Shown here piece by piece: positions 50,105-63,290 of a stretch of DNA of 64,000 bases. Below the pieces are notes generated by a model. It was not told the DNA's origin. It worked only from the letters and a program-made list of their open reading frames with translations, and ran no database searches. This stretch comes from Nageia nagi (taxonomy: Eukaryota; Plantae; Pinophyta). How positions within the stretch are numbered: the first letter of the stretch is position 1; each line of letters begins with the position of its first letter. The stretch lies in assembly GCA_050084985.1 (NCBI GenBank), contig JBITNC010000001.1, positions 148,676,001 to 148,740,000 on the forward strand. Direction: 5' to 3'. The translations under genes and the position numbers were made by a program.

Positions 50105-52126
50105 TGTTGGACTTCGAGTGACACTGAGAGGGGGGGTGAATCAGTGTATATAAAAATAATCAATTTAACCTTCTTAAATAAAGATAGATTAAAAGCTAGA
50201 GAAAATTGAGCAAGTACACTAGTACATCACACAACACCAGATGTAACGAGGTTCACCAGATTAGCTACATCCCCGAAAATGACTGCTTGGACACCAATCC
50301 AAATCCAGCCATTAAAGAAAGCTTACAGATTCACAGCACCAACTGTGAAGGGTAGCACCAACTACCACTTTGCAAATAGCAACACCTACTGCTTGGAGCA
50401 CCAACTCCAGCTCTCAAGCACCCACTTGAGATAACATTCAAAAAGGAGGAAAGAATACAATTCTAGAAGACCCTCAATGGTCTAGCTCTAAAGTTCACTG
50501 TTTTATCTCTGCACACAGCTCCAAAGTAACACACTTAAACAATCACACTCCTATCTGCATATTTGTTTGCTCACTTCACGTTCTCCTGATACTCCCCTCT
50601 TCTGCCCTATTACCTCCACGACCACTCTTCTCTCCACACTCCTCTCCTCTTTCACACTCTTACCACCTAAATCACCCTTCTCTACTCGCCCATTTTTACT
50701 TCATCTATAATCCACACTTCACGTACTTTCCTGCAACCGTTACACATCAAGAAAGCCCCTCACGAAACTGTTCCTATCATGACACGTTACCAAAAATAAA
50801 CTGAAAAGGAATCTTTATTTGTAACTGCTCCTGCACTAAGAGAGTTCACTATCTGAGACTGCAACTGCTGTAACTGATGAACGCTCCTCTTGCTCAAACA
50901 GAGTTGTTTAGACACGTATACATTTTTCTCCACTGATTTCAGAGATTTGACAGTATCTGATTATTTTTGATAGTTTCGGACTCTTTTCTTCTTCATAATG
51001 GTATTTCTGATAATTCCAGACTCTTTTCTTCTTCATAATGGTATTTCTGATAATCCTGGACTCTTTTCTTCTTCATAATGGTATTTTTGATAATCTCAGA
51101 CTCTTTTCTTCTTCATAATGGCATTTCTGATAATCCCGGACTCTTTATCTTGCTTACTGGATGTTTATTGTATACATCGTGATGTCATCATCTCCAGACT
51201 CTGGAAGTAGTGTAAAACGCTTCTCGCATGATGTCATCATCTTCGAACTTCAGAAGAGAGTTCCAATGTATCTACATGGCTTTCCAGACTTTTCAACACC
51301 TACACCGTGATATCATCATCTTCGGACTCCGGTCTTTACCAAAATACGACTATCTTATCCTCTGTGACATCATCCTTTTAATCTGAAACATTTACTTTAT
51401 GGACTCCAGATTTTCAATCTCTCTTTGCTGATCTCATCTCTGCATTTCAGAATGCTTTACTCACCGGCTCCAACTATTTGATCACTCTTTGCTGACCTCA
51501 TCATCTCTGGAACCCGGTTCTATTAAAGAATGTGAACATCGTTCTCCCTGTGATGTCATCTCTTACTTCCGAAATGTTTTACTCGCTGGCTCTGGCTCTT
51601 TTAGTCACCCCTTGCTGACCTCATCACTTTCGGGATCTGGGCTCATTCAAAAATGTGAACGTTGTTCTCCCCGTGACGTCATCTTCATATTTCTAAAATG
51701 TTTTACTCGTTGGCTCCGGCTCTTTTAGTCCCCCCTTGCTGACCTCATCGCTTTCGAGATCCGATTTTGGGTTAAGACTCGAAATCGCTGATGTCATCTT
51801 CATATTTTCGAAATGCTCTACTTCCGGAATACTTAATTAACTGGTTCCGGCTCCTCAATTTCTCTTTGCTGACCTCACCTTCTCCGGAACCCGGGCTTTT
51901 CCATAACTCTCACCTTCTCCGGAACCCAAACTTTTCAACAACTCTCACCTTCTCTGGAACCTAGATTTTTCCACAACTGAGCTTTATCATTTCATTTCGG
52001 AATGTCATCCCGGGGATCTTAAAATGAACTCATACTACTACGTGAAGACACAGCCAAAACCAAATGGATGCAAAGACACAGCCAAAACCATGTGTTGACA
52101 ACAATGACAATCACCCATGCTCAACA
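50105..52126 (-). repeat. 3' LTR (2,022 bp)
   Basis: TGTTGG...TCAACA on the plus strand. Colinear with 57490-59511; about 19 differences in the first ~335 bp by eye (~94% identity). Confidence 0.95.
50981..51140. repeat. 4 x 40-bp tandem repeat in the LTR (also at 58361-58530)
   Basis: CTCTTTTCTTCTTCATAATGGTATTTCTGATAATxxxGGA occurs four times in each LTR. Confidence 0.92.
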
Positions 52127-52330
52127 ATCTCCCCCTTTGGAATTGTTGGCAACACCACTTGATCAGACACCAACATCGGGACTTTTCTCTCCTCGTTTGT
52201 CAACAATAACAAAGGGCATTTACAGACTCCCCCTGAGTCCATGCATGACATTCTCAGGAAATCAGTAGTATGCATACAAAAACAAGATACATAGAAGCAA
52301 CACAGGAAGGAAAAAATAAACACTCCCCCT
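52127..52330 (-). promoter_or_regulatory. Multiple polypurine tracts and inverted repeat upstream of the 3' LTR
   Basis: AGGGGGAG (plus strand CTCCCCCT) at 52129-52136, 52227-52234 and 52323-52330. Inverted arms at 52133-52152 and 52197-52216. Confidence 0.85.
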
Positions 52331-52353
52331 GAGAATGTGACGTCCAGAACTAG

Positions 52354-55300
52354 CTAATGCGTGGGAAGGACAACAACTCCTAGCTTGTTTCGAAGATATT
52401 CGAAGATGTCTTTGGGCAAAGGCTTTGTAAAGATGTCTGCTACTTGCTCTGTGGTTGGAACAAAATCTAATTGTACTTCTCCTTGTGCCACTCTTTCTTT
52501 TAGAAAGTGATATCTGATTGCTATATGCTTTGTTCGTGAGTGCATAACAGGATTTTTGAGATATTGATTGCACTTGTGTTATCACACAGAACTGTTATGG
52601 GCTCATTAATCTGTATACCAAAATCTTTTAGCATCTGCTTCATCCATAGAATCTATGTGCAGCAAGAAGTTACTGCTACATACTCTACTTCTGTTGTAGA
52701 TAGGGATACTGAGTCTTGCTTTTTACTATGCCAGCCAACAAGATTATTACCCAAATAAAATGCTCCTCCACTGGTGCTCTTCCTATCATCCACGCATCCT
52801 GCCCAGTCTGCATCTAAAAAGGCAATAGGTGTAAAGTCCTTTCCTCTAGGATACCATAAACCATATTTTACTGTGCCTTTGAGATATCTGAATATTCTCT
52901 TTACTGCAGTAACATGTGTTTCTTTGGGATTTGCTTGAAATCGAGCAACCATACATACTGCTTGAAGAATATCTGGTCTAGTAGCTGTCAAATATAATAA
53001 ACTTCCAATCATTGACCTGTATTGTGTTTGATCTACTATTTATGCTTTATTATCCTTGCTTAATTTGCAACCTGTCGTCATAGGGGTGCTCACAGGTTTA
53101 CAGTCTTCATGGTAAACTTCTTCAGCATCTCCTTAACATACTTGGTTTGAGAAATGAACATGCCATTCTTCAACTGATTGATTTGTAGGCTGAGAAAAAA
53201 TGCAAGCTCACCTATCATAGACATCTCGAATTCTATTTGCATGTTGTCAGCAAGATTTTTACATAGCTCATTCTTGCTTCCTCCAAAGATTATATCATCT
53301 ACATAGACAACAAAAATTAGTTGATTTTCCTTTTCCGATTTAATGTATAAATTGCTATCCACCATTCCTTTCCTAAAGCCTTGCTGCTGAAGATGTGTAT
53401 CAAGTCTGGAGTACCATGCTCGAGGTGCCTGTTTTAAACCATATAGAGCCTTCTTTAGTTTGCATACCAGATTAGGATTCTCTCCCAATTGGAAACCATC
53501 TGGCTGTTCAATATAGACTTCTTCCTTAATTTTTCCATTTAGAAAGGCTGATTTTACATCCATTTGATAAACTTTAAAGTCTTTATACACTGCAAAAGCT
53601 AAAAACATGTGAATAGCTTCTAATCTGGCCACAGGTGCAAAAGTTTCTTCAAAATCAATTCCTTCAACTTGAGCATATCCCTTGCAAACAAGTCTAGCTT
53701 TATTTCGAACCACTATCCCATCTTCATTCAACTTATTGCGAAAAATCCACTTTGTGCCAATCACATTTTTGTTGGCTGGTCTAGGAACAAGTTCCCATGT
53801 TTCATTCTTTTCAATTTGAGTGAGTTCTTCCTCCATTGCTTTCATCCAGCTTTCATCTTGGCTAGCTTTTGAGACATTTTTAGGCTCTATATTGGATAGG
53901 AGAGAATAGGTGCTTGAAACCCCTCTACGAGTTTGATGCCTGTATGAAACTCATCGATGATTTGCTCTTGTGGATGATCCTTGTGCCATCTATTTGGTGG
54001 AGTTTTTGAATTTTCATCTTCTTCCGACTCATTTTCTGAAGCACTATTTGGGTTACTTGGTGAATTTGAATCTTTTGGTTTCTTTACTTGTGATTGTTGT
54101 ATAGGAGGCTTAGATTTGTTTTTATTCTTTTTATCTTCTTCAATTGAATCTTGATAGGCAGGAAGATCATCATCATCATTTCTCTTGGGAAGATCTCTTT
54201 GCTCATCAACGCGAACATCAGCACTATCAACGATTATTTTTGTCCTTTTATTGTAACACCTATATGCTTTGCTCTTCGAAGAGTAACCAAAAAAGATACC
54301 TTCATCAGATCTATCCTCAAACTTTCCTAAATTTTCTTCTATTCTCTTGATATAGCATTTACTGCCAAAGATCCTGAAGTGCCTCACTGTAGCTCTTCTT
54401 CCAAACCATAATTCATATGGTGTTCTGTCCTCATGTGGTCACATCATACATTTATTTTGAATATGCACTGCAGTATGCACTGCTTCTTTCTAGAACCTAT
54501 CAGCAACCTTGCTTTCTATCAGCATGGTTCGAGCCATTTCTTGTACTGTTCTATTTTTTCTTTCAACTACTCCATTTTGTTGTGGAGTTCTAGCTGCAGA
54601 GAATTGTCTTTTAATTCCGTGTTGTATGCAAAACTCAGTAAACTCATCAGAAGTGAACTCACCTCCTCTGTCTGAGCAAAGACATTTAATTCTCCTCTCT
54701 ATCTAATTTTCTACTTGATTTTTAAATGCTTTGAACATTTCAAAAGCTTCAGATTTATGTTTTAAAAATTGCACCCAAGTCATTCTTGAATAATCATCTA
54801 TGAACAGAATAAAATACTTATCTCCATTGAAGCTTTGTGTTCTCATTGGTCCGCATAGGTCAGTGTGTACGATTTCCAATGGTCTGCTTGTGTGATATTC
54901 TTTCACTTTGAACTTTTCCCGAGTTTGCTTTCCCTTTTGGCATGAATCATAAATATCATTTGCTGGTGTGCTGATACTAGGCATATCTCTTACTGCTCTT
55001 TTTGAGCAAATGTTCATCAAGTTTTTAAAATAGATGTGTCCCAATCTCTTATGCCATAGCCAATCATCACTCTCCTTGCCTAGAAGACATGATCCCTCTG
55101 AAATATCTGATAAGGTGTATAAATTACCACAGGTTCTTGTACCAACTGCTACAAGTCTACCACTATTTTCCCTTCGGATCTCACAGCCATGCTTTTTGAA
55201 AATTACATCATATCCTTTGTCACATATTTAACTGACGCTCAACAAATTATGCTTCAGTCCCACAACAAATAATACCTCTTTAGATCTGATGTTTTTGTCA

Positions 55301-57425
55301 TTTATTTTGACTGTCCCTTTGCCGATAATCTGTGTGCCATCATTGTTTCCAAATCTTACTGACCCACCTTCATATTCCTGTAGTTTTTGAAATTTCTTCT
55401 TGTCACTTATCATGTGACTTGAGCATCCGTTGTCTAATATCCATGGTGATGGTTTATCTTGAGCTTTTAATGCTGTTTGAACGATTAAGGACTCTTTATC
55501 CTCTCTGAGTTTCTCCTTTTCTTTCCAGACTTATTTTACTTTTATTTTAGCTTCTTATTTTTATTATTCTTTTCTACTTCCTGTGGATGACTGCTCTGAA
55601 ACTGTTTATTCTGTCTTATGGAAGGAAATTATCTCGGTGGAAAGAACCTCATGCCATGATTATTTCTGCAGAATCGGGCAATGTGTCCATATTCATGACA
55701 GTTGTAACACTCAACAGGATACTCCATTAGTGGGCCGAATGCATTCCTAGTAACAAAGGTTCTTGGAGTGATATTATACTTACATTCAGAAATTTTGTGT
55801 CCATACGCATTGCATTTGAAACAATATCCATTGAAGGGATGGATGTATCTATTATATTGCTGAGTACTTCTTGGTCCTGCATAGGGTCTTCTTCTGGAAT
55901 GCACTTGAGTGAAGCCATCATCCTCCAGTCCTGAGCTATCTTCCTTCTTCTTGGTTTCTTTTATGTTTTCCCTTTTTATGTCATTGGAAGATTGTCCTTG
56001 TTCATATCCCAGACCAGATTTATCAGAAAACATTCTTTAACTGTTAATGATTTCACTGAGTTTAGTCGACCTTCCTTCTAGATATTCAAAAGAGTTGATT
56101 CTCTTGGTGACTTCCTCTAGTTGCATACGTAGCCCAGTTATTTCTTCTTCAAGCTTACTGTAATTTTTAACTTTCACAAGAAGATGTTCCTCCAAACTCT
56201 CATTTATCCTCTTAGATTCTTCCACTTCTATTTTTAAGGTTTCTATAATATTACTTGCATCATCAAACCTTTTTGAGAGTTTCTTATTTTTCTTTACTTC
56301 TTTATTCAGTTCATTCAATGTTGTTATTAGTTCTTCTTCAAGATCAATCTCAATCTCACAGTCATTTTCTTCATCTGTCTCTTCCTCTTTATGTTCTTGG
56401 GCATTTTGATTATCTTCATTCAGTTTCTCTTCAAATGCCATAAACAATGCTCCATTGTATTCTTTTTCTGATTCATTACTGGAATCATCATCAGTGGAGC
56501 CTTTATTTCTGGATATGAAGCTCTGTCTATTTAACCTTCTATTTCGAGCATGAGATTTCATTTTATGGTTTTTCTCAAAATATGATTCTTGATCATCTTT
56601 ATCACTTTTTCTATATGGACATTTTGAAATGAAATGACCAATACCACCATAGTTAAAACATTTAAACGGTAGCTTGCCTTCATATTTACCTTTTCCCCTT
56701 TTTAGCTTTCTAACAAAATTTGCTTCTGCTCCATCAGATTGTTCCTCATCGTCAGAATCTATTTTGGCTTTGGTACTGTTGTTGGCTTTAAATGCTGCTT
56801 CCTTTTCTGAATGCTTTGCTTTTTTGATCCTCATTTCATAAGCAGTCAGCGATCCATGCATTTCATCCATGCTGAAAGTTTTCAAATTTTTTGCTTCTTC
56901 AATAGCAGACACCTTTGAATCAAAGCGAGATGTGAGAGATCGCAGTACCTTTTTCACGATGACATGATCTTCAATTTCTTCCCCAAGACCTCTGATTGCA
57001 TTAGTAATTTCATTTACTCTCAACATGTATGCTTCGATGGTTTCATCTTCATTCATCTTTAGAACTTCGAATTGAGCTCTATAAGTTTGGAGTTTTGCTT
57101 CCTTGACTTTATCATCTCCTTCGTGAATGCTCTTCAACTTATTCCATATTTCTTTTGCAGATTTACATGCCATAACTTTCACCAGTTCACTGTCCACTAG
57201 ACCACACATTAGAGCATTTCTTGCTTTTGCATCACATTCAAATGTCTTTCTTTCTGCTTCATCTGATGGACCTGTAGGGGGAGGAGTGTAACCCCTTTTA
57301 ACAGCATCCCAAGTACCAAAACCCAATGCACTGAGATAAGTCTTCATTCAAATTTTCCAGAAAGCATAATTGCTTCCATCAAAGAGAGGTGCCTTGTTAG
57401 ATGAGAAACCTTCTTCGCTTGCCAT
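52354..57425 (-). pseudogene. gag-pol of the Sirevirus-like element (several stops/frameshifts)
   Basis: Motifs: MASEEGFSSNKAPLFDGSNYAFWKI*MKTYL; WILDNGCSSHMISDK; VHTDLCGP, FIDDYSR; [21 protein letters not shown]; DADWAGCVDDRKSTSG; HSRTKHIAIRYHFLKE..QVADIFTKPL. Confidence 0.93.
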
Positions 57426-57469
57426 AGTGCCACTACCAGGATCTCCTTAGCTGTTATAGCCTAAGTAGG

Positions 57470-57487
57470 AACCTTGCTCTGATACCA
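57470..57487 (-). promoter_or_regulatory. Primer-binding site, tRNA-iMet
   Basis: TGGTATCAGAGCAAGGTT on the minus strand, 2 nt inside the 5' LTR end. Confidence 0.92.
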
Positions 57488-57489
57488 AT

Positions 57490-59511
57490 TATTGGACTTC
57501 GAGTGACACTGAGAGGGGGGGTGAATCAGTGTATATAAAAATAATCAATTTAACCTTCTTAAATAAAGATAAATTAAAACCCAGAGAAAATTGAGCAAGC
57601 ACAACAGTACATCACACAACACTAGATGTAACGAGGTTCACCAGATTGACTACATCCCTGAAAATGACTGCTTGGACACCAATCCAAATCCATCCATTAA
57701 AGAAAGCTTACAAATTCATAGCACCAATTGTGAAGGGTATCACCAACTACCACTTTGCAAATAGCAGCACCTACTGCTTGGAGCACCAACTCCAGCTCTC
57801 AAGCACCCACTTGAGACAACATTCAAAAAGGAGGAAAGAATACAGTTCTAGAAGACCCTCAATGGTCTAGCTCTAAAGTTCACTATTTTATCTCTACACA
57901 CAGCTCCAAAGTAACACACTTAAACAATCACACTCCTATCTGCATATTCATTTTCTCACTTCACGTTCTCCTGATACTCCCCTCTTTCGCCCTATTACCT
58001 CCATGACCACTCTTCTCTCCACACTCCTCTCCTCTTTCACGCTCTTACCACCTAAATCACCCTTCTCTACTCGCCCATTTTTACTTCATCTACAATCCAC
58101 ACTTCACATACTTTCCTGCAACCGTTACACATCAAGAAAGCCCCTCACGAAACTGTTCCTGTCATGACACGTTACCAAAAACAAACTGAAAAGGAATCTT
58201 TATTTGTAACTGCTCCTACACTAAGAGAGTTCACTATCTAAGACTGCAACTGCTCTAATTGATGAACGCTCCTCTTGCTCAAACAGAGTTGTTTAGACAC
58301 GTATACCTTTTTCTCCATTGATTTCGGAGATTTGACAGTATCTGATTATTTCTGATAGTTTCGGACTCTTTTCTTCTTCATAATGGTATTTCTGATAATT
58401 TTGGACTCTTTTCTTCTTTATAATGGTATTTCTGATAATCTCGGACTCTTTTCTTCTTCATAATGGTATTTCTGATAATCCCAAACTCTTTTCTTCTTCA
58501 TAATGGTATTTCTGATAATCTCATACTCTTTGTCTCGCTTATCGGATGTTTATTGTATACATCGTGATGTCATCATCTTCGGACTCCAGAAGTAGAGTAA
58601 AACGCTTCCCGCATGATGTCATCATCTTCGGACTCCGGAAGAGAGTTCCAATGTATCTGCGTGGCTTTCCGAACTTTTCAACACCTACACCGTGATGTCA
58701 TCATCTCCGAACTCCGGTCTTTACCAAAACGTGACTATCTTATCCTCTGTGACATCATCCTTTTAATCTGAAACATTTACTTTATGGACTCTGGATTTTT
58801 AATCTCTCTTTGCTGATCTCATCTTTGCATTTCGGAATGCTTTACTCACCAGCTCTGGCTATTTGATCACTCTTTGCTGACCTCATCATCTCTGGAACCC
58901 AGTTCTATTAAAGAATGTGAACATCATTCTCCCCGTGACATCATCTCTTACTTCCGGAATGTTTTACTCGCTGGCTCCGGCTCTTTTAGTCACCCCTTGC
59001 TGACCTCATCACTTTCAGGATCTGGGCTCATTCAAAAATATGAACGTTGTTCTCCCCGTGATGTCATCTTCATATTTCTGGAATGTTTTACTCGCTAGCT
59101 CCGGCTCTTTTAGTCCCCCCTTGCTGACCTCATCGCTTCCAGGATCCAATTTTGGGTTAAGACCTGAAATCGCTGACATCATCTTCATATTTTCGGAATG
59201 CTCTACTTCCGGAATACTTAATTAACTGGTTTTGGCTCCTCAATTTCTCTTTGCTGACCTCACCTTCTCCGGAACCCGGGCTTTTCCACAACTCTCGCCT
59301 TCTCCGGAACCCGGACTTTTCAACAACTCTCACCTTCTCCGGAACCTGAATTTTTCCACAACTGAGCTTTATCATTTCATTTCGGAACGTCATCCCGGGG
59401 ATCTTAAAATGAACTCATACTACTACGCGAAGACACAACCAAAACCAAATGGACGCGAAGATACAGCCAAAACCACGTGTTGACAACAATGACAATCACC
59501 CATGCTCAACA
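57490..59511 (-). repeat. 5' LTR (2,022 bp)
   Basis: TATTGG (mutated TGTTGG)...TCAACA; colinear with 50105-52126. Confidence 0.95.
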
Positions 59512-60639
59512 ATTTATACCACACATAAGGTATAATTACTTTACCTATTTAAGTAAGTCTTGAAATGATTAATATAATTTATGTCATTCATAAATATTTA
59601 CTATATAACTTATTACTTGGAAGATCATGGATTCATGAGATGGAGGCCATCTCATCCTCTTTTTATAGATGCCTTAATGTTAAATATAATGGAACTATAT
59701 ACCTATAATGTAGATGAGTCACCATTTGAGATGTACAGATTCTAACATATGATAGAAAAGTTAATAAATTGATTTTATAAGTTTATTCCATTGAATATCA
59801 AATTATTATTCCAACTACATCAATTTTAAAAGAAATAAAGGAGACATAAAGATGAGAATCAAGTAAAATACTAGAAGAGAGGTAATTGAGAATAATAAGT
59901 AACACTAGTTTTCATCTAATAAGTTCAAGTATATATATCTTAAACATAGGTCAACTTCCAACCTATCCCAAATCAATTAAAATGTCTTAATAAATCATAC
60001 TGCAATTTTACATAAATGATAACATGTAATTAGACTAATCAATACAATAAGTTATAACCTCGTAAACCTAAAAATAGTATATATAAAATTATATCACCAT
60101 CTTGTACCAAATCATATTACGATCTCCTTAGATGAATGTTTTTCTTTTTTAAATTATAGATCAATAATATAATCCTCAAATAGGTAGATGCTACATATAA
60201 AAAAAATCATAAATAGTTTGTAGTTCCTTCCAAAAAAATAAAAAATGCAAGGTATAAATCAAATGAGCCCATATCTAATGTTATATATACACCCTAATAT
60301 CTGATGCTATATAAACACCCTATTCAACCATCTATTTTGATACATACCCACCTTCCTATTAATTATATAACAATAGTGGTAATAGTTGGGTATATGATAA
60401 TAAATTAAAAGTGTAGTAGAATATTATGTAAGAGGGTAGGTGTGAGAAATAAATATAAAGGAATATGTAAGATGTAAGGAATGTTAGGTAGATACATGTG
60501 TGAAGAAATGTGTAATAATTATAAACGATCATGCAATCATATAAAAAATATAGATTGGAGAATTGTATTGAGCTTGCTCAACAAGGAGGTTGCCCCCTCA
60601 GAGAGGCTCATGATATTATAGTAAAGTGATTATTATGAT

Positions 60640-60990
60640 GTGAAAGAAACTTTTCAAGTCACATTACATGATTATCAAATATCAACTTTTCTAGGTTTGA
60701 TAATATTGATCCTTAAAATTATTGATTTAAAGCATAATATTTTGTTATCTCCATTAAAACCAAAACATTAAAATGTATATCTACCAATATTTTACTTGGA
60801 TAGTAAAGTAAATCATTTGCATTACTTGTTGAGAAATATGCATAGAGAGCTTAACTGGGCTCAATTTACCTAGTTACTTCTAACATGTTTTGGTCCAAGT
60901 GAGTCTAAATACTTTATGGACATATTAAGCAAGTTACACCAAAGTGGAATGGTAAATAATTTATATTGTTGAAGGTAGCCAACAAAACTA
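60640..60990 (+). mobile_element. Chromoviral gypsy gag relic
   Basis: Degenerate translation NFSRFDNIDP...FYLDSK...WAQFT*LLLTCFGPSESKYFMDILSKLHQSGMV matches the FPRFDGxDP / WxxFxxxLLxRFGPS / LSKLxQTGTV pattern. Confidence 0.65.
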
Positions 60991-62559
60991 CTAATATTCC
61001 AAATACATTATTCAAAAGTTGATTTTGTAGACACCAAAAATATGCATCATTGCTAGGGTGTTAAAATTGTAGAGTAATCTTGGAATCACTCAAGCTTTGA
61101 TCAAACTCACCTATGACCCCCATAATTGCATGCAATTTTATCATGTCAAATTATATAAGGAAAATTACCTTTTCTCTTATAGTTATCTCACCCATCTGCT
61201 TTCGAAGTTGGCATGTAAACTTACCAACCTCCCATTTGAATCCTTCACCATGCAACTATACTTGGTTGCATGTAACTTAACCATCTACCATGAAACTACC
61301 CATGGTTGTTATGGTGGAAACTATAAATAAGTGTGCATTCCCATTTTATCATATAGTGATTTTGGAATTGAAGTATGTTGTTACTTTATCGAAATCACAC
61401 CAAAATGCTTTAAGGTTTATAATACTTATTTTTACTACTTGCTTAGTATAGTTAGAAAATTATTTCTTTAGGATTTATGAATACATGTTCGAATAATAAT
61501 TATTCTTCTATAATGTAGATTGTAATAACTTTAATTTTATATCTTGCATATTGGTTTTATTTATTATATGTGTAGTAGAACTATCACATGTATTTTATCA
61601 TTATTCTACTATTGCATGTTATATTTTATGATTTTATCTTTTCTTATTTCCTATTTCATGTCACAAGTATGCACTAGTGTAATCTTGTAAGATTGTGCAG
61701 CTACATTTCTTGGAATTTCCATGTTTCTTTAATTAAAGGAATTTAATAAATATTTTAGAAAAAGGATTGTGTACATAAGACCCTATCAAAGAATTAAGAA
61801 TTCTGAATGAAGAATCAAGATTGAATAATGATATCAAATTCATGCCCATAATACCCATTAGTTGGATTCAAAGAACTTATCATAAAAAATACATCTATAT
61901 TTGCATTATCAAAGACCCCATGAGCACATTATAATCAATATCGTAGAAAAAAATATTCGAGATCATGAGATGAATGTAATAGATTTTATTGGTATAAATA
62001 TGATTCTTATTTACATACGAGTATATTTTATCTTACATACATTTTGGTTATAGAAGGAGGGCCCACCAGTTAAGATTCAAAGAAATAGTGGTAGGGGTTT
62101 TTCTATACTCGAACTTCTTTGTATTATTTTTTTATTTTATGTTTTGTTGGTTTTTTTACAACATTAATTTGATGATTTTCAACCTTTATCTGATATTTCA
62201 AGGCTTAATCTATATTTATGTCTTTATTTTAGAAATTTGATGAACCCTAAAAGTAGTTACAAATTTTACAAGGATCTTTTGGAGATGATCAAATAAATTG
62301 GTCTATTCACCTTCAACTACTTATTAAAAATGGCAATCTTGAGTTCTTCATATTTAAAGCACATTATCATTAGGGTATAACTAAAAGAACATAACAACCA
62401 AATTATGAGGTTTATATTGAAGATAATTATTTTCATTGCAAAAGGCAACATTTGTAAGTTACAATCAGTATTGCCAAACATAATTAACTACAAAAAAATC
62501 ATAGAACTTTAAATTCGTAGGGTTTTACATGGACAAAGATGAAAAATACTAAAACTCAC

Positions 62560-63290
62560 ATTTAATAACAGAGTCATGGGAAGAGGGTATGGAAATCCAT
62601 ACAAGATTAGTTTAAGATGAATTTTCATCGAATGTTGTAGTTATGAATGCCTTGATATACATGTATGCAAAATGTGAAAGAATAAAGAAGATCCAAGAAT
62701 TATTCTATAATGTGCATGATGCATATACTTTCATGGAAAACAATGATCACAAGATATGCACAAAATAAATTTTCTGAAATGGCCCTACAAAATTTTAAGC
62801 ATATGTAATTACCAAGCCTAAAACCAACTCTATAATCTTTACCAACATTCTTCCAAAATATACCACCAAGGAACTCAAGAAGAGGATATGGATATTCATC
62901 AAAGATTAGTTTAAAATGGTTTTTCATTAAATATTATGATTCTGAATTCCTTGATAAGCATGTATGCAAAATGTGAAATATTTTACAAGGCATACTTAAA
63001 GATCCTCCTCTCATGCAAATTGGTAAGTGTGACAACCCTAGCAGCATAACCTTTATATATGTTCTACTTACATACAACCATGTAGGTTAAGTGGGAGAGG
63101 GTTGCAATTACTTTAAGGGTATGAATGGCTCCCATTGCATTATTCCTTAGATGAATCATTATCATGCATTATTGACCTTCTTGGCTATACATGCTAACTT
63201 GATAAAACTTTGAACTTTATTGCTAAAATTAATGAAAAATAAAATTTCATCAATTGCAATGATATGTATATGTACGCAAAATATGGAAGA
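62560..63290 (+). pseudogene. PLS-class pentatricopeptide repeat (PPR) pseudogene fragment
   Basis: EGMEIHTRLV*DEFSSNVVVMNALIYMYAKCE..SWKTMITRYAQN; a second repeat NSLISMYAKCE; then ITFIYVLLTYNHVG*VGEGCNYF..HY..IIDLLG. These are typical PLS-PPR motifs with many stops and frameshifts. Confidence 0.85.

Larger units (their letters stand above)
50105..59511 (-). mobile_element. Full-length Sirevirus/Maximus-like Ty1/copia retrotransposon without env-like ORF
   Basis: Two 2,022-bp LTRs; TSD GTTTA (50100-50104) / ATTTA (59512-59516); iMet PBS; multiple AGGGGGAG PPTs; C-rich ATTCACCCCCCCTCT at the LTR 3' end; extended gag with a coiled coil and three CCHC-type knuckles; pol with PR-INT-RT-RH. Confidence 0.95.

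Noticed and set aside
51489-52323. Short ORFs in or next to the Sirevirus-like LTR as an env-like gene
   Set aside because: They arise from LTR repeats (mirrored at 58874-59483) or are under 80 aa, and there is no room for env between pol and the LTR.
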